Source: a virus. Taken from it: 64,000 nt of DNA. Numbering within the stretch: the stretch's first letter is position 1; each line of letters opens with the position of its first letter. A program made the translations under genes and the position numbers. Location: the IMG/VR virus record IMGVR_UViG_3300031669_000014, positions 16,565 through 80,564 of that record; one strand, given 5' to 3'. Under the pieces are notes generated by a model. The model worked only from the letters and a program-made list of their open reading frames with translations, was not told the DNA's origin and searched no databases. Positions 17,560 to 26,061 of the stretch are shown here, in pieces.

Positions 17560-17712
17560 TTAACCAACGGTTGTCACCTCCAACGCCCGGTAATACTCCA
17601 CGACCAGCCGGTCAACTACCAAACTCTGCGCTAATATCCCCGGCGCTCCAAGCGTCATCTTCCGCAGCTTCTTTTGTTCCCGGCGAAGTTCGCGGTATAT
17701 GCGGTCAATCAT
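17560..17712 (-). CDS. Spo0E-like small protein (not in the ORF track)
   Basis: 50 aa MIDRIYRELRREQKKL...AQSLVVDRLVVEYY; near-syntenic with the SQELD protein of phage B. Confidence 0.45.
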   Translation of the reverse strand: MIDRIYRELRREQKKLRKMTLGAPGILAQSLVVDRLVVEYYRALEVTTVG

Positions 17713-18115
17713 CTACGGCCACCTTCTTCCCCGGCAATCCCCAAAGAATCTCATCCCAGCCAAGGTTAAACGCAAGCAACCCAAATTGCCACCCCTCATC
17801 ATGCCTTGTGTCGTGCAGCGCCTTATATCCTTCCTCCCTACTTTTGGTGGCAACACCGGGATTATGTTGGCACGTCATACCGACATACAGTCCCTGCATC
17901 CGGCATATCTGCGGCCTCGCCTCGTAGACAGAGCAACGGTTGTTTTCGATGTCACGCAGGGGGCAGGTGGAAAATCCTCTCTTTTGGTTTTGCAGGCGGG
18001 CTACTTCCTCTTGGGAAAACTGGCGGACTTCCCTCCGAATCATGCGTAACTCGTCGGAATTTACCGGGATGATACCGCAGCACCGGCCACAATTTTGGCA
18101 GGTAAAAGTTGGCAT
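17705..18115 (-). CDS. YkgJ-family Cys-cluster protein
   Basis: CQNCGRCC...CPL...CSVYEARPQICR. Confidence 0.85.
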   Translation of the reverse strand: MPTFTCQNCGRCCGIIPVNSDELRMIRREVRQFSQEEVARLQNQKRGFSTCPLRDIENNRCSVYEARPQICRMQGLYVGMTCQHNPGVATKSREEGYKALHDTRHDEGWQFGLLAFNLGWDEILWGLPGKKVAVDD

Positions 18116-18128
18116 GTGATCACGCTCC

Positions 18129-18848
18129 TTAGAATGGTACTTCCGAATCGTCAAACCAAACTTCCTCACCGTTTTCCAGTTTACCGAGAAATTCGATGAA
18201 ATCGCTGGCATTCTTCTTCGTTAATTGCTTGCTGTCGTCAACCTTATATCGCTGCCGCATCATCTTTTTAACATCTTCCGGCTTAATGCTCATTTTTGTC
18301 GTCACGGCATAGATTTTCTTGCGTTGTGGATCAGATAATAATTCTCCGTTTTGTGGCTGTGATTGCACTGGAGGCTGCTGTGGTTTGTCTGGTTGGCTTG
18401 GTAGTGTCTGTGTTGGTTTATTATATTTGGTCTTATCCTTATCCCAGTAGACATCTGCCCCAAAACCCAATGCTTTACATGAAACACTTATGGCATCGGT
18501 CAAAGCCATCTTGAAACATTCATCAGATACATAGGGACCATTTCTTTCATTCGCCACAAATGCGCTTCCCCCAGTCCCTGGGATAGCCTCAGACCATTCG
18601 CCGTCAACCTTGATGAATAAATCTATATTTACAAATGCCGCCATTTCACCTGTGCCACCAGTTTCAAGCCATTGTTTTGTTATCGAATATCTCCAACCAA
18701 CTCCACACATTCCAAACTGTTCAGTTAGTTGCTTAAGCCTCCACATGGGGTTAATATCACTTTTACCCTTTAGCCTACCAGCTTGTATCTCCTTAAGTGC
18801 AGTAGGCGGTACCGTTCTAACCTTTTCCCATATTTCTAAGTTATCCAC
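18129..18848 (-). CDS. Rad52/Sak-like single-strand annealing protein
   Basis: DINPMWR...FG.CG.GW and DECFKMALTDA motifs. Confidence 0.7.
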   Translation of the reverse strand: MDNLEIWEKVRTVPPTALKEIQAGRLKGKSDINPMWRLKQLTEQFGMCGVGWRYSITKQWLETGGTGEMAAFVNIDLFIKVDGEWSEAIPGTGGSAFVANERNGPYVSDECFKMALTDAISVSCKALGFGADVYWDKDKTKYNKPTQTLPSQPDKPQQPPVQSQPQNGELLSDPQRKKIYAVTTKMSIKPEDVKKMMRQRYKVDDSKQLTKKNASDFIEFLGKLENGEEVWFDDSEVPF

Positions 18849-18911
18849 TATATCACCCCATATTATAGAGAGTTTACCGGGACCGGAGCCCCGGTTATAT
18901 TAGGGGGGGGG

Positions 18912-20240
18912 TTACACTGTTTGTGCATTAACTGCCTTAACTTCACCATCCTCGATGTAGATTCCAACCTCCCCGGTATCATTGACAATCTCAACCCATA
19001 CCTGCATGTCCTTGTCTTTCGCCATCTCCCTGATAACATTCATATTGTCACTATCAAGGAGGCTCCCATCGCGGATCCTTATTACCCGAATGTCAGGATT
19101 TAACGCCATCGCCATCGCCACGGATACTTTTATTTGCTCGGTTGTGCAGCATTGTTTGAATGGTATCGTGTTGAATATTACGCCGTCCTCATCAAAGCCC
19201 AGGCCTTCAATCGGGAAATTCGCCTCTTTGAGCATCTTGGCTTTCTGATCGTCGATAGCCTGAATCTTTACGGTTAGATCGTCACTATCAGCCTGCGCCT
19301 TTTTAATCTTGTCCTGGGTTGCGTTGTATTCATTGGCCGATCTGATGTCCTGGTTGGTCTTTTCAATGTTACTTAATTTTTCCTGGAAGGCGTCAATGTC
19401 AGGGTTAACCAGCGCATCAACCTTGGCTTTTAAATCCTTGCCATTAACATTCAGCCCATTAAGTATGGACTTGGTTTTATCCCGCGAAGTCTGGAGTTTA
19501 ATGATCTGATCCTGGAGGTCTTTGATCTTTTCGTCGATACTGACAATAGTTGTCCTATGTGTGGAGGCATCCTGTGACATTCGTTGAAGTTCGCGACGCT
19601 TCTCGTCGTTGGCGTTCTTCTGTTCCTGTGCCACCTTTATCTCGGCAAGGATATCTGAGGCGCTTACTTCCTCCACTGGGAGCCCATGAACAGGGCATTG
19701 CATCATCCCAAGGTGACTTTCATACTGCTTTAAGTCCCGGTTAACATCCCGGCGCTGTTCGTACAGTTTTGCCTTTTGACCATCTAATACCGCCGGGTCA
19801 ACCGGAAGCGAAACAAACTCCATGATTGTTTTAATCTGTGTCTTTTCGTCCTGCTGTGCGAAGGCCATTGGGTCGAAGGATAAGCGCCCCACAAGGCCGT
19901 CAAGCATCTTCTGGGGGGACTTGAAAGTAGCGCCTTCCCTGTTCTCCACGTACAGGGTACTCTTGTCGTTAGATGTCCATTTGCGGGTCACAATGATGTC
20001 GCCAAGGTCAAGTTTAACGCTAGCCCGTTTCTCTCCGTCCCTGACCGGCCTGACCATCTCCTTAGAGGCGTTGCCACCTGCCAAAGCTAACCATATACTG
20101 TCAAGGATACTGGTTTTCCCCTGGCCGTTTTTACCGCTGATAGTGACGATGTTACCGTCTGGAGTAATCTCCACCGCTTTAAGTTTCTTGATATTTTCAG
20201 CTTGCAGTTTAATAATTTTCATTTGTATCATCCTTCCCAC
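18912..20240 (-). CDS. SMC/SbcC-like ATPase with coiled coil
   Basis: GKNGQGKT Walker A, long coiled coil, IRDGSLLD. Confidence 0.85.
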   Translation of the reverse strand: MGRMIQMKIIKLQAENIKKLKAVEITPDGNIVTISGKNGQGKTSILDSIWLALAGGNASKEMVRPVRDGEKRASVKLDLGDIIVTRKWTSNDKSTLYVENREGATFKSPQKMLDGLVGRLSFDPMAFAQQDEKTQIKTIMEFVSLPVDPAVLDGQKAKLYEQRRDVNRDLKQYESHLGMMQCPVHGLPVEEVSASDILAEIKVAQEQKNANDEKRRELQRMSQDASTHRTTIVSIDEKIKDLQDQIIKLQTSRDKTKSILNGLNVNGKDLKAKVDALVNPDIDAFQEKLSNIEKTNQDIRSANEYNATQDKIKKAQADSDDLTVKIQAIDDQKAKMLKEANFPIEGLGFDEDGVIFNTIPFKQCCTTEQIKVSVAMAMALNPDIRVIRIRDGSLLDSDNMNVIREMAKDKDMQVWVEIVNDTGEVGIYIEDGEVKAVNAQTV

Positions 20241-20579
20241 ATCGTTTACAAAAGTAACCGCTTAATATTTGTACTCCACAGTTCCAGCAAAAGCATGGTT
20301 CCGACTGTTCATGTTGTTTTCGCAGGTGTACTATTGTTGTGCCTTCTATGTCCTGGGAATAGTTGTCGAGGTTCATCGCTATCCCTCCGCTATAATCTCA
20401 AATTCTCCCGCAGTGCCGGCACCACTTCGCCGTCCGGTCGCTGCAACCGGTACACATCGCCCCGCAACCCTCGCTCCGGGCCACTGACGATAACCAGCGC
20501 CACCCCGGGTAGGAGTTTGTGTTCTGCGATGGCTCCCGGGGAGAGGCGGGTGGCTTGCGGGTGTTGTAGTCCTGGGTAA

Positions 20580-20792
20580 CTATACATTCCCGATTTGCTT
20601 GTTGATTCGGTTGACAAGGGCGGTGAAGTCGGCGAAGTCTTCCCCGTTGAAGAGAGCGTCCCATCCCTTTATCTGTAAACTTATTGCATCAGGAGAAACT
20701 ATTTTAAGACAAAAATCGGTTCCTCCGGTAGGAGTAAACTTAGCCTTGATAATCGGCCTATCCTCGTCGTCGTAGGTGCACATTATTTCCAT
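20580..20792 (-). CDS. Hypothetical protein
   Basis: C-terminus shared with 61948-62184. Confidence 0.6.
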   Translation of the reverse strand: MEIMCTYDDEDRPIIKAKFTPTGGTDFCLKIVSPDAISLQIKGWDALFNGEDFADFTALVNRINKQIGNV

Positions 20793-20805
20793 GATTATCC
20801 TCCTT

Positions 20806-21006
20806 TCATTCCCACTCCGGGCGCACCTTAATTTCGCCGGTTAACGCGTTTATTGTAGCCTCACAAAACTCAGGTAGACTTATAAATCCCCTACCGCCCA
20901 GATCTGCGTCGCAACGTGGGCAAATGTCTGGCTTGAATGTGTAATGATACCTTTTGCAGTCCGGGCAGGTTACTTTATAGCGGGTTAGATAGGGGTTATT
21001 TGGCAT
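20806..21006 (-). CDS. Small Zn-ribbon protein
   Basis: CPDC...CPRC; homolog at 62455-62658. Confidence 0.65.
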   Translation of the reverse strand: MPNNPYLTRYKVTCPDCKRYHYTFKPDICPRCDADLGGRGFISLPEFCEATINALTGEIKVRPEWE

Positions 21007-21084
21007 TGTTTTTTCGCCCCTTTCGTGATAAACTACTTATAAGAGATATTGTGGCTGCTGAGTTTTGGCAGCTATTTTTTATTT

Positions 21085-21561
21085 CTAGCTCGGTTCTGCG
21101 AGGTCATCCCCCACTAATTCCGGGTTATCCCATACGTTGCCGATGACCTCATGACTTTCCACATTTTGCATCTCACAAAAATCGTAAGACGGGAATGGCC
21201 TGATTGATAATTTCTGTCTTTCAATGCCCCTCTTATTTAGTATTGATTTCCATTTGAAGCCATTTCCGTGCCACGCAATTAGCTTGCAATAATTCGCGGT
21301 ATTGTCTTGAGTGATATCCCCCTCATAAATCTCCCGCTCGTTCTCGTCGTGGAGGCAGGTAAATTGACCGACTGTTTCAGGATCAACTTCATAAAGAACC
21401 AATGAAGATGATAAAAAGTTTTCAGTAAAAGCAACTTCTGACAGCCTTAAGTGGATAAATGTTCTTTTTACTTCCAATTTGCTGCTTGTTTCTGTAATTA
21501 AATCGCCTTGTATCCATTCACCGTCACTTACCCTCTTGCCACGAAACCAAATTTCACGCAC
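21085..21561 (-). CDS. YopX family protein
   Basis: MREIWFRGK, TVGQFT, IYEGDI and EVIGNVWDNPEL. Confidence 0.92.
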   Translation of the reverse strand: MREIWFRGKRVSDGEWIQGDLITETSSKLEVKRTFIHLRLSEVAFTENFLSSSLVLYEVDPETVGQFTCLHDENEREIYEGDITQDNTANYCKLIAWHGNGFKWKSILNKRGIERQKLSIRPFPSYDFCEMQNVESHEVIGNVWDNPELVGDDLAEPS

Positions 21562-21780
21562 CCTCTACCACCTCACTTCCCCTTAGTCTATCCCGCCCCG
21601 GTAGCCGGTTCCGCTGGTTCGCCCGAAAGCGCCGCGTGAAGCAGGTGACAGTTGGCTTAATGCAAGCAATCCTCGGAAACTTGTCGATTCCGCGCCACCA
21701 GCGGAACGCCTCTATTCCCCCTGTTGCATCGGCAACGAAAACTCCGTACCCATTCACATCTTCTACATAGCAGTCATAGT

Positions 21781-22077
21781 TCACTCGGCGATCACGCTCC
21801 TTTCGCTTGACCTGGCAATATCGGCAATCATCATTGCAAAATCGGCAACATCGGCGGCCTCTTTTATTAGTTGTTCAAGATACATTGTGCTTAAAGGTTC
21901 TGCCCAATATTTTTGCCAGTGCATTATGGCCTTAACTAGCTCATATTTTTCCTGGTCTAATCGCTTAAATAACCACCAAATATCGCTATCTTGCCAACCG
22001 CCCTTGTGATCATTGGCTTTCAGTTGCTTTTCCATTTCGGCGGCGAACCATTTTACTTCCGGTCTTACATCTTTCAC
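21781..22077 (-). CDS. MazG-like (all-alpha NTP pyrophosphatase-like) protein
   Basis: KANDHKGGW and EAADVADFAMM motifs. Confidence 0.55.
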   Translation of the reverse strand: MKDVRPEVKWFAAEMEKQLKANDHKGGWQDSDIWWLFKRLDQEKYELVKAIMHWQKYWAEPLSTMYLEQLIKEAADVADFAMMIADIARSSERSVIAE

Positions 22078-22316
22078 TTAGCGATCACGCTCCCTTCGGC
22101 ACAGGCAAGGGCTTCATTCGCCTTTTTAGTAGCCGCCTTACCTTCGGGCAAGGTCTGCCAGCAGTCATCCAAACCATCCACCAAGCCTTTCAGCGCGTCG
22201 TACAGCGCAAGAAACCTTTCCCGCTTTTCTCTAGCGCTAATTCTGTTGAACTCGCGTATTATAGGGGCTTGTTCGCCGTATTGAAACTCAATGCGTTTGC
22301 CCGGCACTACATCCAC
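22074..22316 (-). CDS. Hypothetical protein
   Basis: Homolog at 63075-63329. Confidence 0.6.
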   Translation of the reverse strand: MDVVPGKRIEFQYGEQAPIIREFNRISAREKRERFLALYDALKGLVDGLDDCWQTLPEGKAATKKANEALACAEGSVIAK

Positions 22317-22730
22317 CCCCTACCATTCCCCTTGGAAGAACGCCTTCCATTGCCTATCCCGTTCGGACAGTTTGCGCTCGGCTAACCAACGTCTGATACG
22401 TTTGAACATGTGTTACACCCCCTCGGTTTCTACTTCGATATATGGGCCATCCTTGCCATGAATAACACAATGAAAGTCATTATCCCCTGTTTCTTTATCA
22501 AATTCATAGATATGGACAACTTTTTCATCGGCACTTAAAGTAAATCCAATAAGGTTTTTAGTCCCGATGCTTTCCCTTAGACCGTTACAAACACTTTTGT
22601 ATAAATCTAGCGCAATTTGCTTTTGTTGCTTGGTTGCGTCAAGCTCACAGAGGGCATTATATGTTTTTGTAATACTTATTAACTTCTCGTCTTTACTGTC
22701 ATATATGCCGACGACATCAACCTTCAATCT

Positions 22731-23330
22731 TTCACCCCCTCCAGCCTCTTCGGTTACCATAACTTAAACAACCCTCCCTTCGGCTATTTGATTTTCACAG
22801 GTTTGGAGCCTAGATAAAATTTCATCAAGTGTTCTGCTAGTCTCCCACAGGGAACGTCCCAAAGTATCCAACTGGCGATTGAGCGAATCCAACACAGGGT
22901 AATCAACCTTTCTATGCAATTCACTTCTTATGGCGTCTACCTCTTGTTGCAATGCCCCTATCTGTGCCCACGGAGGACTATTCACTTGGCGGTCACGCTC
23001 CTTTCTCCGGCCTCGCCAGTTAGTTAGAATATCCCTGCCCACAAAACGGACAGTATTTATGAAGCATGTTGTATTTCTTATTCTTGGTTTTGGTTGCTCC
23101 AGTTTTGCAATTTTGTTCATAATTAACTTCCACCACGGAGAAGGTTTTTATACCACTGTATTTTTCGTCAAAGAATATAGCTGTATCAATAAGTGAGGAT
23201 GATTCAATGGTCTCGTTTTCTTTTTTGGTGGAGTTAAATTGTTCCTTGATTTTTTCTTCAATATCTTTAATGCAGGTACACACATTTTCACCCCCTCCGG
23301 CCTCGCCGGTTACCATAACTTAAACAACCC
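22731..23330. repeat. 44-bp direct repeat pair (22731-22774 and 23287-23330)
   Basis: TTCACCCCCTCC.GCCTC..CGGTTACCATAACTTAAACAACCC; partial third copy near 63715-63750. Confidence 0.8.
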
Positions 23331-23418
23331 GTTGAACGTCCACAGCATGACTGTGATGGCTACCGCTGCCACCAGGACGTTGAACCCCTTATCGACGATG
23401 TACCCGATTAACGCATAT

Positions 23419-23895
23419 CTAGCCAACGTCTTGAGGGTTTGCACCTTGCTCCACCTCCTTTGTAAACCTAACCATTTTTAGACATCTTTTTATTAACTGT
23501 GATATTTCTTCCGATATTTTCTCCGGTTCGCCAGTTGGTTCTTCTTCAACATCCTTGTATTTGTAAACAATGCCGCAATTTAAACAAGCCGCAGTAATAA
23601 GTACACCAGCGTCTAGATATTCTGGCCGACCTCCGCATACCGGGCAATTCGGGCCGTCTGCAACTCGGTGGGCCTCGACATGAACCACCGGCCACTCGCC
23701 TATAGGCGTCTGTATCGGCTCCCCCATGCGCACGGTGTATCCGTCCATGTGTATCTTGCTAAGTTTGTAATTGTATAAAATCTGCGTGATAACTTCGTCC
23801 ATGTGTACCCGGGATAGTTTGCCGTAAGCGTTAAGTCGAACGAGATCGTGGATTCTGGCGCGGTCGGTGGCTGTTGGCAATGCGTGGAGTTTCAT
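23419..23895 (-). CDS. Zn-ribbon hypothetical protein
   Basis: CPVCG...CLNCG; AGGAGG RBS. Confidence 0.65.
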   Translation of the reverse strand: MKLHALPTATDRARIHDLVRLNAYGKLSRVHMDEVITQILYNYKLSKIHMDGYTVRMGEPIQTPIGEWPVVHVEAHRVADGPNCPVCGGRPEYLDAGVLITAACLNCGIVYKYKDVEEEPTGEPEKISEEISQLIKRCLKMVRFTKEVEQGANPQDVG

Positions 23896-23906
23896 GGTTT
23901 TACCTC

Positions 23907-24155
23907 CTATACATCGGGACAAGTTGGGATCTTATCGTTTCTGGTTTCTATAACGGAAACCTCATCTGCAAAAAAAATATCTTCAATCGACATATTAAGT
24001 CTTTCAGAGATTAATTTTGCTTCAAACATGGAAATTCTTATGGCTCCAGTTTCCTTCTTATAATATGCCGCTGCCGTTTTTAAACCTAGTAATTCGGCCA
24101 TTTCTATCGCTGAGACGCTTTTATTATTTCTTATTGTGCGAAGTTTTTCATACAT
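23907..24155 (-). CDS. Cro-like XRE regulator
   Basis: 82-aa XRE HTH protein divergent from the repressor. Confidence 0.88.
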   Translation of the reverse strand: MYEKLRTIRNNKSVSAIEMAELLGLKTAAAYYKKETGAIRISMFEAKLISERLNMSIEDIFFADEVSVIETRNDKIPTCPDV

Positions 24156-24175
24156 GCGCTTACCCCCTTTCTGCC

Positions 24176-24285
24176 GTTTCTGTAATGGATACTTTTATTA
24201 TAGTGTCCAATGAAGAAACAGTCAAGTGATATTTGTAAAATAAATTTCTTTATTAGAAACATGCTTTAGTTTCCAGTTTGGATAA
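24176..24285. promoter_or_regulatory. Genetic switch: four 17-bp operators and the lytic promoter
   Basis: GTTTCY-N5-RGAWAC-like palindromes at 24176, 24203, 24244 and 24269 (fifth at 23944); minus-strand TTGACT-17-TATAAT at 24197-24225. Confidence 0.75.
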
Positions 24286-24308
24286 TATATAATTACAAAT
24301 AAACGGGG

Positions 24309-24710
24309 TTGGTAAATGTGGGGATTGGTAAAAGATTGAGAGAATTAAGGGAGCGGGAAGGGCTTACTCAGGAAGAGTTGGGTAAAATAATCAATCAAAA
24401 AAAGTCCAATATCTCCAAATATGAAAATGGCAAATTACAGCCAAGTCTTGAAACAATAGAATCTCTTTTAGGATTCTTTGGAGTTTCGCCTAATTATTTT
24501 TTTAATTATACTCCCCATGCCGAACACAACGAAAAAAATAAAACGGCCTATTTCAAACCAACTAACCAGATCCCAGAAGAGAAACGGAAACTCATAGAAA
24601 AACTTCTGGAATTCAATGATAATGATTACAAAAAAATTGAGGCTATTGCCGAAGTTTTCATTCAGATAGACAGATCAAAGAACGAGCAGGCAGCCGCAAT
24701 GGGAAGCTAA
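24309..24710 (+). CDS. CI-like XRE repressor
   Basis: RLRELRE..GLTQEELG...NISKYENG HTH. Confidence 0.9.
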   Translation: MVNVGIGKRLRELREREGLTQEELGKIINQKKSNISKYENGKLQPSLETIESLLGFFGVSPNYFFNYTPHAEHNEKNKTAYFKPTNQIPEEKRKLIEKLLEFNDNDYKKIEAIAEVFIQIDRSKNEQAAAMGS

Positions 24711-24826
24711 TTCTTTTTCTGCCAAGGTGGATAAGGCGAATCCTGAAGCGAAAAAAATAAGAACCCCCGGAGCCGATCAGAAGGGTTCTCGTACATAAGA
24801 CAAATCACTAAATTAGGAGATGAATT

Positions 24827-24958
24827 GTGTTTATGTGTAATAATTATGACTTACTTATAATTTGCTATAAAAGCGGTCAGATACCGGAGGATGAATGGCA
24901 GGAAATTTTAAAAGACGAGGTATTTTATTGTTATTATCAAAAACAAATAAGGTTATAA
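24827..24958 (+). CDS. Small hypothetical protein (43 aa, not in the ORF track)
   Basis: AGGAGA RBS and GTG start; followed by a terminator. Confidence 0.5.
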   Translation: MFMCNNYDLLIICYKSGQIPEDEWQEILKDEVFYCYYQKQIRL

Positions 24959-24964
24959 AATAAA

Positions 24965-24995
24965 AATAACCCCCTCGTGTGAGGGGGTTTTATTC
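24965..24995. terminator. Bidirectional intrinsic terminator
   Basis: AACCCCCTC-GTGT-GAGGGGGTT flanked by A and T tracts. Confidence 0.8.
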
Positions 24996-25010
24996 TGCGT
25001 CGTAATTTAG

Positions 25011-25039
25011 TTGACTAGCCATATGTTGGGGCGTATAAT
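25011..25039 (+). promoter_or_regulatory. sigmaA promoter (sense RNA)
   Basis: TTGACT-17 nt-TATAAT. Confidence 0.85.
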
Positions 25040-25057
25040 GGAAGGGACAACCATATA

Positions 25058-25137
25058 ATGAAAGTAACCCCCCGGTTAGACCTCCGAAGGGTTACAGGCG
25101 GGACAACCTCACAACAGGCCGGCCCGACGGTTACTGT
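25058..25137 (-). ncRNA. ~80-nt antisense countertranscript
   Basis: Own promoter; two hairpins whose G-U pairs form only on this strand; the second is followed by UUUCAUU. Confidence 0.75.
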
Positions 25138-25143
25138 ACTAAG

Positions 25144-25172
25144 ATTGTAACTTACATTTTTAGTATAGTCAA
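25144..25172 (-). promoter_or_regulatory. sigmaA promoter (antisense RNA)
   Basis: TTGACT-17 nt-TACAAT on the minus strand. Confidence 0.8.
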
Positions 25173-25184
25173 GACAGAATTCCC

Positions 25185-25219
25185 GGCTTTTTGTGAGGTT
25201 CCTCGCAAGAAGCCTTTTT
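25185..25219 (+). terminator. Attenuator (conditional terminator)
   Basis: 13-bp stem plus TTTTT; its 5' arm can instead pair with 25105-25122 (17 of 18 positions). Confidence 0.75.
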
Positions 25220-25610
25220 GATTATCCGAAAAGGTTTCGGGTAAATAGGCTGATAACCAAGCATGCCCGGGTAGTGACCGGGATTATAACCGTTAGATGG
25301 GGATGTTTTTCCTTCCCAGAATTGAAACCGTGCCACGATGCTAACGAACCTATGATGCACCCTGGAAACCGTGGTGTAGAGGCTACGAGCAGATGAGAGA
25401 TGTCACCGATGCTAACCAAGCAGGCTGTAAGATATGGTGGACCTGGGGGCCGTCAAAAGACTAGGTGATGCGGCGTAATAGCCGCCTGTTGAAGGGACGA
25501 CCGACCGAGACTAGGCCAAGTTCCAAGACAGTGTTTTCCCGCCAGCGCGGGATCTCTGTCTCTAAAACTCCCTCCCTCAACCGGCCCCCATCCTAAAATA
25601 ATCACTCCGG
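25220..25610 (+). ncRNA. Long structured non-coding RNA segment (candidate replication primer)
   Basis: Several hairpins and long-range TGGGGGCCG/CGGCCCCCA pairing; no credible ORF. Confidence 0.5.
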
Positions 25611-25619
25611 AGGAATTAC

Positions 25620-26057
25620 ATGCACTACCTAAACACGAAAGAAGCAGCAGCAATCCTAAACTGTGGGACCAAGAATGTTACCCTGATGTGTGCTGCCGGG
25701 AAGTTTCCAGGGTCCAAAAAGGTGATGGGGAAGAAAACGGACGAGTGGCGCATACCGGCCCAGGAAGTAATTGACTACCAGGCTAACAAGGAAGTTGAGG
25801 CCGAAGTTTTGCCGCCTGAAAGCCATGAACTGGTCACGGTTAAGTCTCTGGCTGATTTTTTTATGGATGAACGGAGAAGGAACGATGCTGAACATGATGA
25901 AACAAGGAGAATACTTGAAGAAGAAGTAAAAAGGAGGAATGAAGAAATAATGGAGTTACGCGGGATACTGGCGAAACAGGGGGAAGAAGTCGCGGTAGTT
26001 TGGGGGAAGGTTGCGGAGATTGAAAAGAAAAAGCGCCCGTGGTGGCGCTGGTGGTAG
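25620..26057 (+). CDS. HTH, coiled-coil and aromatic-tail protein (pSK1 Par-like architecture)
   Basis: YLNTKEAAAIL excisionase-type HTH, EEVKRRNEEIMELR coiled coil, KKRPWWRWW tail; GGAGG RBS. Confidence 0.7.
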   Translation: MHYLNTKEAAAILNCGTKNVTLMCAAGKFPGSKKVMGKKTDEWRIPAQEVIDYQANKEVEAEVLPPESHELVTVKSLADFFMDERRRNDAEHDETRRILEEEVKRRNEEIMELRGILAKQGEEVAVVWGKVAEIEKKKRPWWRWW

Positions 26058-26061
26058 TTTA

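Larger units (their letters stand above)
1..23461 (-). mobile_element. Phage A (partial): early, replication, packaging and portal genes
   Basis: Co-oriented recombinase, initiator, RusA, terS, terL and portal genes; continues past the left edge. Confidence 0.93.

Noticed and set aside
18903-18912. Poly-G run as a phase-variation tract
   Set aside because: Intergenic and not within a recognisable promoter or coding frame
25169-25653. Short ORFs (25193-25396 +, 25169-25360 -, 25222-25419 -, 25453-25653 -) as a Rep or leader protein
   Set aside because: No SD sequences or motifs, mutually overlapping, and coincident with RNA stems
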